A stretch of DNA of 49,230 nt from Candidatus Methanomethylicia archaeon (lineage in GTDB: Archaea > Thermoproteota > Methanomethylicia > CALHIW01): positions 1-49,230 of the forward strand of contig JAWBQF010000020.1 in assembly GCA_038845975.1 (NCBI GenBank), read 5' to 3'. Under the pieces are notes generated by a model, which ran no database searches, was not told the origin of the DNA, and was given only the letters and a program-made list of their open reading frames with translations. Position 1 is the first letter of the stretch. Each line of letters opens with the position of its first letter. Below, in pieces: positions 10,516 through 20,649 of the stretch. A program made the translations under genes and the position numbers.

Positions 10516-11205
10516 CTATATTGCTTTAGAGCATATAATGTTTAGGACGCATTCATTACATTTAGGTTTTCTAGCTTTACATGTATGTTTTGCGAGAAGC
10601 CATAGTAGCCATACAATTCTACTCCACTTCCAGCTTGGAATTCCACTCCAAGGTATAGAGTTTATTAAAGCATTTTGTACTTCATTATATCCTGCATTTC
10701 TACTAGCTATACCTAAACGTTTAGCTAGTCTATTCATATGGGTATCTATAGCTATTACTTCACGTGGACTATATATACTTGATAAAACTACATCAGCTGT
10801 TTTATTGCCTACACCTGGAATCTGTTTAAGTATTTCCCGCGCTTTCTCTCTTGGTAGTTTTAATACTTCATCTAGTTTACCATCTAGTTTTTCAATTATG
10901 TATTTTGATGCTTCCCTAATTCTTTTAGCTTTAACTCTATGTAATCCACCAGTCTTAATAGCTTCAGCTATTTCCTCCTCACTAGTATTCGCTAGAGTTT
11001 TAGGATCTATTAAAATCTTTAAACTTAAACCTCTATATGCTCTATAAGCATTTATGCTTAAAGTATTCTGTGAGAGGATTGTAAAAACTAAATTTTTAAA
11101 TGGATTATGAAATATCCTATTAAACTCTTCCTCCTCTTCTCTACTCCACCAGTATTTACCGTATTTATCTTCAAGCCTATCTATAATCTCTAACGGTATC
11201 TGCAT
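10516..11205 (-). CDS. nth: Endonuclease III (HhH-GPD DNA glycosylase/AP lyase with 4Fe-4S cluster)
   Basis: It has ILSQNT, the HhH IPGVGNKTA, IDTH and CKARKPKCNECVLNIIC. Confidence 0.9.
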   Translation of the reverse strand: MQIPLEIIDRLEDKYGKYWWSREEEEEFNRIFHNPFKNLVFTILSQNTLSINAYRAYRGLSLKILIDPKTLANTSEEEIAEAIKTGGLHRVKAKRIREASKYIIEKLDGKLDEVLKLPREKAREILKQIPGVGNKTADVVLSSIYSPREVIAIDTHMNRLAKRLGIASRNAGYNEVQNALINSIPWSGIPSWKWSRIVWLLWLLAKHTCKARKPKCNECVLNIICSKAI

Positions 11206-11302
11206 ATAGTATACTATATTTCAGTAATAAATTCTTTAATTAAATATGTAAGCTTATAAAAGACTATATAAAGCTTAAATATTGTTTTATAACTGAGCAT
11301 TT

Positions 11303-12130
11303 ATGAAATATTTTGACATTATAGTACAGACTCTATTTCAATGTAGGGATAAGGTTTTAGATTGTATGAAGTATTCAAGCTATAAGCAGCCTATTCGACG
11401 TAATGTTTTCGGTGATGAGATGAAGCTTATAGATCTTGTTGCTGAGAAGTCTATTATTGAATCGTTAAGGAAGTATTTCAGTAATGCTACTGTTGTAAGT
11501 GAGGAGAGTGGAGAAATTATTATTGGATGTGGTGGACCTCCATATATTGTTATTGATCCAATAGATGGTAGTGTTAATGCTGTACGTGGCTATCCATGTT
11601 TTAGTGCTTCAATAGCTATTGCTGATGGAGTTATGTTAAGTAGTATTATTGCTGGTGGTGTAGTAAATATTGTTAGTGGAGATGTATACTATGCTGAAGG
11701 AAATTATGGAGCATATTTAAACGGTAAGTCTATTAGGGTTTCAAGCATTGAGAATATTAGGGAGGCATTAATATCTGCTGATTTAAATGTTAAAGGTAGG
11801 ATTCCAGGCTATATCGCTAGGATTTCATCAATACTTGAAAGGGCTGCACATGTAAGGTTTTTAGGTACAGATGCTCTTGAGGTTTGTCTTGTAGCTTCAG
11901 GTGCTGCTGATGCCTTTATTGATTTAAGAGGTTTTCTTAGAAGTACAGATTTAGCAGCTGCTGTATTTATAGTTAGGAAAGCTGGTGGTATAGTGGTTGA
12001 TGTTGAAGGTAATGATCTTGAAATACCTATCTACCCTCCATCGACAACTCCATTCATAGCTTCAGCTACAAGAGGATTACTTCTTGAAATAATTAGTGAG
12101 TTGAGGCTTAGTGAGAGTTGTAGGTATTGA
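11303..12130 (+). CDS. Inositol monophosphatase / FBPase family
   Basis: It has VSEESG, VIDPIDGS and DLAAA...AGG. Confidence 0.9.
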   Translation: MKYFDIIVQTLFQCRDKVLDCMKYSSYKQPIRRNVFGDEMKLIDLVAEKSIIESLRKYFSNATVVSEESGEIIIGCGGPPYIVIDPIDGSVNAVRGYPCFSASIAIADGVMLSSIIAGGVVNIVSGDVYYAEGNYGAYLNGKSIRVSSIENIREALISADLNVKGRIPGYIARISSILERAAHVRFLGTDALEVCLVASGAADAFIDLRGFLRSTDLAAAVFIVRKAGGIVVDVEGNDLEIPIYPPSTTPFIASATRGLLLEIISELRLSESCRY

Positions 12131-12704
12131 TTTAGCTGGGGTTGAAAGTAGAGATACTGGAATCTGTTTGCTTAGAGGTAGTTATGTTGAAACCTTAATT
12201 GTACGTCGTGATGATGAAATAATATCAACTACTATATCCTTTAATCCCCAGATTGTAGCTATAGATGCTCCATTAGCATTACCTCTAGGTAAAACTTTAA
12301 ACTCTAAGGAATGTATAAGAAGTTGTGATCGTGAGCTTCAACGTATGGGTATAAGGTTTTTCCCAATAAATTTTGCAGGTATGCGGAAGCTTACTGAGAG
12401 AGGTATAAGGCTTAGAACTATACTTGAATCTAGAGGATTAAAGGTTTTTGAAACATATCCTGGAGGTGCTCAAGATATACTTAAACTACCTAGAAGTAAA
12501 TCTGATCCTGAAATGTTAAGATTAATGTTGAAGAATAGATTTAGTCTTTATGGAAGTATTGATTTAAAACTTTCAGTTCATGAACTTGATGCTATTACAT
12601 GTGCGGTTACTGGTAGGCTTTACCTTGAGGGTAAGGCTTTAGAAATAGGGGATCCTAGAGAGATTTTAATGATTCTACCTAGACCTGGTGGTTTAATTGT
12701 ATGA
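12111..12704 (+). CDS. DUF429 family protein (RNase H-like fold, predicted nuclease)
   Basis: It has GIDLAG, AIDAPL, ETYP and HELDAITCA. Confidence 0.85.
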   Translation: MRVVGIDLAGVESRDTGICLLRGSYVETLIVRRDDEIISTTISFNPQIVAIDAPLALPLGKTLNSKECIRSCDRELQRMGIRFFPINFAGMRKLTERGIRLRTILESRGLKVFETYPGGAQDILKLPRSKSDPEMLRLMLKNRFSLYGSIDLKLSVHELDAITCAVTGRLYLEGKALEIGDPREILMILPRPGGLIV

Positions 12705-13170
12705 TTTTAATATTCTGATAGTATTGCTTTTATCTATGATGCCTATAGTTGAAGCTCGTGGAAGTATAGTTTACGGTATAGCTATTGGATTAAATCCACT
12801 TCAAGTATTAGCTATCTCAGTTATTGGAAATCTAGTTATAGCTCCAATATTAATTCCAGTACTTAACCTTGTAGAGAGGGTTTTAAGAAGATTAAATGGT
12901 AGAATTAAACATTTAGTAGCTTTATATCTAAGTCTACTAGACAACATTAGGAGTAGAGGACGTAAATACATCGATAAGTATGGTTTACTAGGATTAACAA
13001 TATTTGTTGCAGTACCTATACCTGGATCCGGTGCATGGACTGGATCCATATTAGCCTACATAGTAGGTTTTAAATATATTAAATCAATAGTAGCAATAAA
13101 TATAGGTGTTTCAGCTACTGCATTGATAGTATGGCTTTCAGCTTTAGGTATAATTCGTGTATTCATCTAG
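12697..13170 (+). CDS. COG2426 small multidrug export-like membrane protein
   Basis: It has PIVEARG and FVAVPIPGSGAWTG. Confidence 0.88.
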   Translation: MYDFNILIVLLLSMMPIVEARGSIVYGIAIGLNPLQVLAISVIGNLVIAPILIPVLNLVERVLRRLNGRIKHLVALYLSLLDNIRSRGRKYIDKYGLLGLTIFVAVPIPGSGAWTGSILAYIVGFKYIKSIVAINIGVSATALIVWLSALGIIRVFI

Positions 13171-13725
13171 AATTCTAAGAACTTCCTCCCTACTTCCCTC
13201 CTCAACATCCATTTCCCTTAAATAGTTAATAAACTCTCTTTTCTTCTCCATATTTACCTTTACAATAACAATTCCCCCCTCACCCCATAGTGGAGGCTGA
13301 CCATAAGCAACCACTGAGTTTTCAGGTGCTAGGATAACTACAGGTATTACAAGTAGATCCTCCTCTCCATCTACTAATACTAGAACATCTCCATTAATCT
13401 TTAAAGCTTCCCTTAAAGTATTCCACGCATTAATACTTATTGTACCCGGATGGTTTTCAACTCTAAAAATACGGTTTGATCTAAAATCATAGTATCTACT
13501 TATACTTCTTAGGGTTTTTCCATCAACTACTACAATATCTATATGGAGTTTAGCTTCATAAAGAGTTGATGAAACAACATCACCAATAGTAACTATCCTT
13601 ACTGGATTAATATTCTCAATGTATTTTTTAGCTTTAAACTCAGCATTAGGTCCAGCTATGAAATAACCTAAAGGCTTTCTTAAAGTCTCCCTTAATCTAC
13701 TAGATACTTTAAAGCAAGTATACAT
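13144..13725 (-). CDS. GTP-dependent dephospho-CoA kinase (DUF359)
   Basis: It has LRKPLG, IGDVVS, VDGKTLR, VDGEEDLL and YGQP. Confidence 0.9.
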   Translation of the reverse strand: MYTCFKVSSRLRETLRKPLGYFIAGPNAEFKAKKYIENINPVRIVTIGDVVSSTLYEAKLHIDIVVVDGKTLRSISRYYDFRSNRIFRVENHPGTISINAWNTLREALKINGDVLVLVDGEEDLLVIPVVILAPENSVVAYGQPPLWGEGGIVIVKVNMEKKREFINYLREMDVEEGSREEVLRILDEYTNYT

Positions 13726-14310
13726 AATAACTATGCCATACCATAATTTAAATACTTAATCATTTATGATAACATTATACAAGTAAGAAAACACTTAAAT
13801 ATGGAGTTAAAAGCTACTGAAATCTTCTAAGATATTAGTAAGAAGCTTTGGAGTCCTTACATGGAATACTATCTATTGAGAATTGTTTTCCTAACTTTAC
13901 TTAATATTAATCTATGTAGTCTACTCCAAATTAAGCTATTAATCAAATTCTAAGATTTCTAACTTGTAAGAAATGATTTTCGTATTGTAAGCTAATTACT
14001 ATCTATTCCCACTCTTTAAGTCTTAATTTAATTATTAAAATCTAGTATAGATATTGTTGTCTATAGACTTAAACCATCTTCTAAATCTAAATTTACAATT
14101 TAACTTCATGAGGGTAATAACTATTTATCCTAATGGATCCACATAATAGTATTAAGCTTCTCTACATCATATCTTCTCAACTCTTAAAGAGCTACTATAC
14201 TTAAGCAAGATACTAAATCCTAACCCCTTAAAGTTTAAGAGTTAAATTTTTAATAGAATGGGAGGCTTGAATTTAAGTAAAGCTTATTAGGTTTTTATAT
14301 AGTATTTTAT

Positions 14311-14475
14311 GTGGCGTCTGAGTTAGAGTTTTCAGGTAAATGTCCACGCTGCAGTTCAGTTTGTGTTAGTTATGGTAGTGTTCTATTAGGTATTGGTAAA
14401 ACTAGAAAGCTAGCTACTACTCTATATGTTTGCGGGAAATGTGAACTTGTATTCTATGAAAAATCTAAACCCTAA
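14311..14475 (+). CDS. Small Zn-ribbon protein (54 aa), absent from the ORF track
   Basis: A GTG start gives MASELEFSGKCPRCSSVCVSYGSVLLGIGKTRKLATTLYVCGKCELVFYEKSKP*, with two CxxC knuckles. The stretch is GC-richer than its flanks. Confidence 0.7.
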   Translation: MASELEFSGKCPRCSSVCVSYGSVLLGIGKTRKLATTLYVCGKCELVFYEKSKP

Positions 14476-14861
14476 CAATTTTTATAAAATGAAGTTTAGA
14501 GTTAGTTTTGGAGTGGATAGATATTACTACTCATGGTGAGACATTCTAAAGATGTTTAAACTCTTAAAAGTAATACATCAAGATACTCTCCACTTGAAAC
14601 CTAGTTATATTGATGATAATCACTTCATCTTGTAGATTTTAGATGTAAAACATTATAATTGATTATTTAGTTTGTGAAGATGATTAAAAGTTAGAAATAT
14701 TTATTAATAGTTAACCTAATGGGGTATGGTTAGAGATTATATATGTTGATTTCGTAGAGCAATTCATTTCAGAACTGAAGCTTTAGGTTTCCCGTTGAGC
14801 CTTATGTAAAGCCTACTTGAAAGAAAGCTTAAATCTATCTTAATCATGAAGATAAAATTGC

Positions 14862-15455
14862 TTAACATCTTACACATTTAATAACTGTTAATTCCTCAAA
14901 AAAGAACTTTCTGGATAATATTCTCTCAACGTTTTTAAATCCTAGTTTTACTAAATGGTTTTTAATATATTTAATTTTTGAAAGGCTTGAAGCTACAATA
15001 TATAGTCTTCCATTTTCTTTAAGAAGTCTCCATGCCTCTCCAACCATTCTATATGTAGCTTCTCTACCTGTTAATCCTCCACTCCATGCTTTATGAATCC
15101 AGCCTCCTTCTTCAACAACTGGTATATATGGTGGGTTACATGCTATAACATCGAATACATAACTTTTTAATGATGACCCGGAGTCACATCTAACTGTATA
15201 TATGTTACTTATATCGTTAAGCTTAGCGTTATATGCTGTAAGCTTTAATGCATTTGGATTTATATCTACAGCAATAACCTCATTAAATCTTTTAGCAAGA
15301 ATTAAGGCTATGAGTCCACATCCACATCCAAGATCTAAAGCTTTCTCCCCCTTTTCCCCCATAATAGCCGATATAAGTAGGTATGTATCCTCTGCAGGCT
15401 CATAGACATCTCTTGAAACTTTAAATTTTAAATCTCCATAACTTCTATACATCAA
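14862..15455 (-). CDS. HemK2/PrmC-like methyltransferase
   Basis: It has VYEPAEDTYLL, DLGCGCG, NPPY and WSGG. Confidence 0.9.
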   Translation of the reverse strand: MMYRSYGDLKFKVSRDVYEPAEDTYLLISAIMGEKGEKALDLGCGCGLIALILAKRFNEVIAVDINPNALKLTAYNAKLNDISNIYTVRCDSGSSLKSYVFDVIACNPPYIPVVEEGGWIHKAWSGGLTGREATYRMVGEAWRLLKENGRLYIVASSLSKIKYIKNHLVKLGFKNVERILSRKFFFEELTVIKCVRC

Positions 15456-16035
15456 TAATATTATCTAGTAGCTTCCTATATTTCTACCTAATAGATTATA
15501 AATATGTTGGCGTAGATGCTTATTGAAACTATAATAGTAGAATGTTTTTCCTTTTACTTTTTTCATCAAATACTTCTATAATACCCTTATTGTTATCAAT
15601 ATTTATCCTCCACCTTCTACCATTATGTCTCTCTATATTTAGCTTAAGCATATTTTTTAGAAGTCTACGAGCATACCTATTAAGATACTTCATTAGGATT
15701 GTTTAATTTTAAAAGCTATAAGTTTTACCATTATGTTAATATTAGCTTCATAATGGTTTGAAATTAGTTTACTAGTATACTTATCTTTAGAATAGGTATT
15801 TGGTTTAATATTTAATTTAATAATGTTCATGATGCTAATGAACCTTAAGCTAGACTATAACTTATCCTCTTCTAATATTCTGAGCATACTTTATTTTAGT
15901 TATTATTTCAAAATGTTAAATATGGATTAAGCAGCAAATATAAAGAGGCTATGAAACATAATTAAGCTATAAATCTAAATTACTGAAGTATTTTTAAGTA
16001 TTTGTAGGTATTTATAGCTATAGGTTGGGTTTGAA

Positions 16036-16629
16036 TTGTCAAGTGATTTGTTTAATAAATTGATTATAAAGGCTAAGGAGTTTATTGAGAAACATGGTAT
16101 TGTAACCTATGATGAAATGGTTAAATGGGCTAATACTGAAAACATATCATCAATCATCCTATCAGTAATTATAGAGGAACTTCTATCTAGAGGAATTGTT
16201 GAGCCTGAAGGTGAATTCTTTACTCCTCCAGAACTATCTTTCCCATTGTTTAAAAAATCAGTTCCTAAAGCTATAAGAGTTAAAGGTTTAGAACCTAGTA
16301 TTACAAAGCCTACTATCAGTATAATTCATCCTGAAGGAGATGTTGCTAAAACTCAAGTAGATACTAGAATTGGAAAAATTAATGTTGATGAGCTTTTAAA
16401 AGATCCTGAAATGCGTAAAGTTATTGAATATTTAAGTGAGCATTGGAGTGTTGGTGATTTAAGGATTATGAATGATCTTGAAAAAATGGGAATACAGAAT
16501 CCTAGAAGACTTATAAGGAAGCTTCTTGATCTTGAACTTATAACATATCATCCAAACGGTGTCTTCGATATTACTGATAGGTTTCCGAGAATTAAGAAGA
16601 AAAAAACTTTAACAGATTTTCTAATTTAA
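16036..16629 (+). CDS. Hypothetical protein with two probable wHTH-like domains and a PIP-like C-terminus
   Basis: Two helical segments end in EELLSRGIV and RKLLDLELI, joined by a Pro-rich linker. The C-terminus is KKKKTLTDFLI. Confidence 0.6.
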   Translation: MSSDLFNKLIIKAKEFIEKHGIVTYDEMVKWANTENISSIILSVIIEELLSRGIVEPEGEFFTPPELSFPLFKKSVPKAIRVKGLEPSITKPTISIIHPEGDVAKTQVDTRIGKINVDELLKDPEMRKVIEYLSEHWSVGDLRIMNDLEKMGIQNPRRLIRKLLDLELITYHPNGVFDITDRFPRIKKKKTLTDFLI

Positions 16630-16694
16630 CCATTCTACTATATTATTAGCTATTTGATTACTGATTTATGCTAGTATTGTTAGATCTATTATTA

Positions 16695-17579
16695 TTAGAC
16701 TTGTGGTTTTGTAGGTACTACTGGAACAAATTCAACACCTGGTCTTCTAGGTCTTATCTCCATCTTATATAGTCTCATTAACGTATATACTTCTTCAGGT
16801 ATTTCTGTTTTAACACATTCTCCTAAAATCTTTTTTATTTCTTCAGGAAATATTGGCTTATCATGCGTATATTTTCCACTTACTAATTCCTCAATAACTT
16901 TTTTAGTCTCCTCATAACCACATTTACCTGAGAGAAGCCATTCTACAAATGTCTTCATCTGATCAATTGCTTTACGCGCCTCTTCAGCTAGTATTAGGGT
17001 TCTATCATCAATATTATTAATATCCTTCTTCTCTAATACTTTAAGTATTGAAGCTGCTGAATATGATCTGTTTTGATCAATGATTTGTGGATCAATGGGT
17101 CCTAAAACAGCATGCGGATCCATTAATATCTCATCTGCTGCTAGAGCTATTAGGGTTCCTCCACTCATAGCGTAATGCGGTATTATAACTGTTTTCCTAC
17201 CTGGATGTGCTTTAAGTGCAGCTGCTATTTGAGCAGCTGCTAAAGCTATTCCACCTGGAGTATGAATTATAAGATCTATTGGCGTATTTGGAGGCGTCAT
17301 TCTTATAGCTCTTAGAATCTCTTCACTATCCTCAATATCAATATATCTAGATATAGGTATTCCTAGAAAGGCTATTGTTTCCTGTCTATGTATTAGCGTT
17401 ATAATTTGTGATCCCCTCTTTCTTGAAAGCTTCATTAAAATATTTTTCCTTGCAGAGTTTAAAGTATACCTTTGAATTATCGGTGTTAAGAAGAAGAATA
17501 GGAATAGTATAATCCATAAATTACTAATAATAAAAGATACTAAATCCATACCTATAGCTTGACTAATAATTTTCATCAT
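16695..17579 (-). CDS. SDH-type ClpP-like serine protease, membrane anchored
   Basis: It has IHRQE, IHTPGG, AMSGGTLIALAADEI and LGPIDPQ. Confidence 0.9.
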   Translation of the reverse strand: MMKIISQAIGMDLVSFIISNLWIILFLFFFLTPIIQRYTLNSARKNILMKLSRKRGSQIITLIHRQETIAFLGIPISRYIDIEDSEEILRAIRMTPPNTPIDLIIHTPGGIALAAAQIAAALKAHPGRKTVIIPHYAMSGGTLIALAADEILMDPHAVLGPIDPQIIDQNRSYSAASILKVLEKKDINNIDDRTLILAEEARKAIDQMKTFVEWLLSGKCGYEETKKVIEELVSGKYTHDKPIFPEEIKKILGECVKTEIPEEVYTLMRLYKMEIRPRRPGVEFVPVVPTKPQV

Positions 17580-17765
17580 ACATAAGGATTTAGAATATAA
17601 ATATATATTTAACGTTAAGCCTCCAATATGGTAGTATAATATTAAGAAGCTATAATTAGATTTACTTAATAATTTCTAGAATTACTAAGCATGGTGGAGA
17701 ATTTTAGTTCTTAAGTGGTTCTACTAGTTTACTATTAGTTTAATACTGAGTTAAAACATAAAATA

Positions 17766-18038
17766 TTAAATAGCTTCTAAAACAATTTCACTAAAATGTT
17801 CTGTTGGAGGTGTTTTTTTAAACTTTACAATAACAGCTCCATTATTACCGTGTGTTCGAACTATCTTACCTAAATACTTCTTTCTCTTAAATATAGCTAT
17901 AGCTCTTCTACCTATTAGCTTCGCTGCTTCACTAGCACTATTACATCCATTAAACTTCACTATACATTCTCTAATTCTACTACTAAGCTTCCTATTACCT
18001 GTACTATAGCCAATCCTTAATATTACTCCACTAACCAT
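17766..18038 (-). CDS. rpl35ae: 50S ribosomal protein L35Ae (divergent)
   Basis: It has the EAAKLIGR...GKIVRTHGNNGAVIVKF..PP signature. Confidence 0.8.
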   Translation of the reverse strand: MVSGVILRIGYSTGNRKLSSRIRECIVKFNGCNSASEAAKLIGRRAIAIFKRKKYLGKIVRTHGNNGAVIVKFKKTPPTEHFSEIVLEAI

Positions 18039-18301
18039 AGTTAGCTAAACTAAAGTTAAAGCTTTAAATTTTACGTTTAACAATTACTTCCACTATGTTG
18101 CTTGTGAACTTAAGCTATCAATACATATATTCTATGAATTCATCTGAAAACTCTTTAAATATTGTTGAGACTTAATTAAGTTAATAAGTTAACCATCAAT
18201 TAATTATGGAGTTTTCAGATAGACTCTATATCTAAGTTCGTATAGTCCACTATGCTATGGGAAAGTATTTTAAGGATTTTTCCTAAATTTATAGGGGGAT
18301 A

Positions 18302-20641
18302 GTGAGGGAGATTTTCTGGCTAGTTGATGTATCAGCTGAACAGGTTAATGGATTTGATGAGATTTGGATATGGGGGCTTACGAGAGATGGTAAAAGATGT
18401 ATTTTTAGATGTTTAAATCAGAAACAGAAATTCTATTTAGTAATAGGTAATGATTCTGATCTAAATAGGGTTTTAAGCATTATTAGGGATTTACCTGGTA
18501 TTATTGAGTGTAAACCTACCGTTAAGAGAAGTTTCGGTGATGAGAAGAACACTATTGAGATTTCATGTATACCTTCAAAAACTGAAGACGTTATTAAAGC
18601 TATTAAGAGTAGAGTATTTAATGGGGAGCTTTTTGAGGATGATATACGTTTCTCTAATAGGTTTCTACTAGATAATGATATTTCCCCCTCATCATGGTAT
18701 GAAGCTGAAGTTGAGGATTCTGATGTTATGTTTAGGGATGGTATAGATAAAGTATACATTCTTAAATCTATACGTAGAATTGAAGTTACTTCTAATCCAG
18801 ACTTGAAAACTGTAGGAGTTGACTTCATATATTACTCTGAGAAAGGTTCACCGAAGCCTGAAAGAAATCCTATTGTAGCTATTTCAATAGCTAAAAGCAA
18901 CGGTGAAAACATACAGTTTTCAGGTAGTGAATATGAAGTTTTAAAGTCCTTTATAGAAGCTATTAAAAGCTTTGATCCCGACGTAATTGTTGGGTTTAAG
19001 TTAAACATGTTTCACTGGGCCTTCCTACTTAAGAGATGTAGTAAGTATGGGTTAAAGCTTGAAATAGGTAAGATCAGTAGTGAACCCCATCAAAGCCTAT
19101 ACGGTCATTTCTCAATAGCTGGTAGGATAAACTTCGACTTGAAGGAATATGCTGATGAGATAGCTGAGCTTGAAAGAGGAACTATTGAAGAGCTTGCTGA
19201 GTATTTAGGTATTAGAGTTGATACTGAACCTATAGATGAATTCTATCATTCAGAATACTGGGCTAATGAGGAGAGGAGAAGTATGCTTTTAAAATACTCT
19301 ATGTGGAGAGCTAAAACATATCTAGCTATTTTCAACATAATATCAGACTACGTATTTAGCCTCTCAGCAATTACAGGTATACCTGCAGATCATGTTTTCA
19401 CGGCGGCTGCAGGCTTTAGGCTTGAAAACTTCTTAATGAGAGAAGCTATTAAACATGGTGAGCTTATACCTAAAGTGAAGGGAAAGGTTTTTCCAAGCTA
19501 TCCAGGTGGAAGAGTACTTACACCTAGAATGGGCATACATGAGTGGGTTGCTGTTGTTGATTTTAAAGCAATGTATCCAAGCCTAATGTTGAAATACAAT
19601 ATATCACCAGATACTGTAAAGCCCCTACCATGCGTAGGGTTTAAAAATGTTATTGAGGTTAAGGATGCTAATACATGCATAATACAGGATAGAAAGGGCT
19701 TCTTCACCTATATTCTGGAAACTACTGTAAGGGAGAGGGAGAGGGTAAGAGTAGAGATGAATAAGTATTCTAAGAATAGTGTAGAGTATAGATTTCTAGA
19801 TTCAGTTCAGAAGATACTGAAGGTTTTAGCTAATGCTATGTATGGATATATGGGGTGGATAGGTGCTAGATGGTATCTTAAGGAGGGGGCTGAAACAGTA
19901 GCAAGTCTAGGTCGTAGGGTAATTTCTGAAACTATAAGGAAGGCATCTGAACTCGGATTAGAAATTATCTATGGAGATACTGATAGCATATTTATAAAGT
20001 ATGATGAGGGGAAAATAGGTAAGCTTCTTGAATGGATTAATAAAGATCTTGGGTTAGAAGCTAAAGTAGATAAGATATATAGTAAAGTAGTATTTACAGA
20101 GGCTAAGAAGAAGTATGCAGGCATAACTATTGATGGTATTCTAGATATTGTAGGATTGGAAGCTGTTAGAGGTGATTGGTGTAGTTATGCTAAAGAAATG
20201 CAGAAAGCTCTTGTGGAAAAACTACTTAAAGGTGAAGGTAAAAACAGCTTAATAGATTTTGTTAGGGATAAAGTAGTTAAGCTAAGAAGTAAGCAGATTA
20301 ATTTATCAAGTCTTATCATATGGAAGCAGCTTGCAAAGAGACTTGAAGAATACGAGGTAAACGCTCCACATGTTATTGTTGCTCATGCTCTTAGAGAGGA
20401 TGGATGGATTGTAGATAAGGGGGATTATATAGGGTTTATAGTAACTAAGGGTACTGGGCCAATATATACGAGAGCTAAACACTATTCAAAAACTTCTCTA
20501 AACGAGGTTGATTTAGAATACTATGTTGAGAAACAGCTAATTCCAGTATGTGCTAGAATACTTGAAGCTATTGGAGTAAAGGAGAAAGATCTTGAGAAGC
20601 TTATTAAGTCTGCTGGTAGAGGTCTTGAATCATTCTTTTAA
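18302..20641 (+). CDS. polB: Family B DNA polymerase (PolB3-type) with degenerate 3'-5' exonuclease motifs
   Basis: Polymerase motifs DFKAMYPS, KVLANAMYGY, YGDTDS and KKKYAG are intact. The exonuclease motifs read DFIYY, MFHWAFL and YSMWR. Confidence 0.93.
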   Translation: MREIFWLVDVSAEQVNGFDEIWIWGLTRDGKRCIFRCLNQKQKFYLVIGNDSDLNRVLSIIRDLPGIIECKPTVKRSFGDEKNTIEISCIPSKTEDVIKAIKSRVFNGELFEDDIRFSNRFLLDNDISPSSWYEAEVEDSDVMFRDGIDKVYILKSIRRIEVTSNPDLKTVGVDFIYYSEKGSPKPERNPIVAISIAKSNGENIQFSGSEYEVLKSFIEAIKSFDPDVIVGFKLNMFHWAFLLKRCSKYGLKLEIGKISSEPHQSLYGHFSIAGRINFDLKEYADEIAELERGTIEELAEYLGIRVDTEPIDEFYHSEYWANEERRSMLLKYSMWRAKTYLAIFNIISDYVFSLSAITGIPADHVFTAAAGFRLENFLMREAIKHGELIPKVKGKVFPSYPGGRVLTPRMGIHEWVAVVDFKAMYPSLMLKYNISPDTVKPLPCVGFKNVIEVKDANTCIIQDRKGFFTYILETTVRERERVRVEMNKYSKNSVEYRFLDSVQKILKVLANAMYGYMGWIGARWYLKEGAETVASLGRRVISETIRKASELGLEIIYGDTDSIFIKYDEGKIGKLLEWINKDLGLEAKVDKIYSKVVFTEAKKKYAGITIDGILDIVGLEAVRGDWCSYAKEMQKALVEKLLKGEGKNSLIDFVRDKVVKLRSKQINLSSLIIWKQLAKRLEEYEVNAPHVIVAHALREDGWIVDKGDYIGFIVTKGTGPIYTRAKHYSKTSLNEVDLEYYVEKQLIPVCARILEAIGVKEKDLEKLIKSAGRGLESFF

Positions 20642-20649
20642 TATATTAA

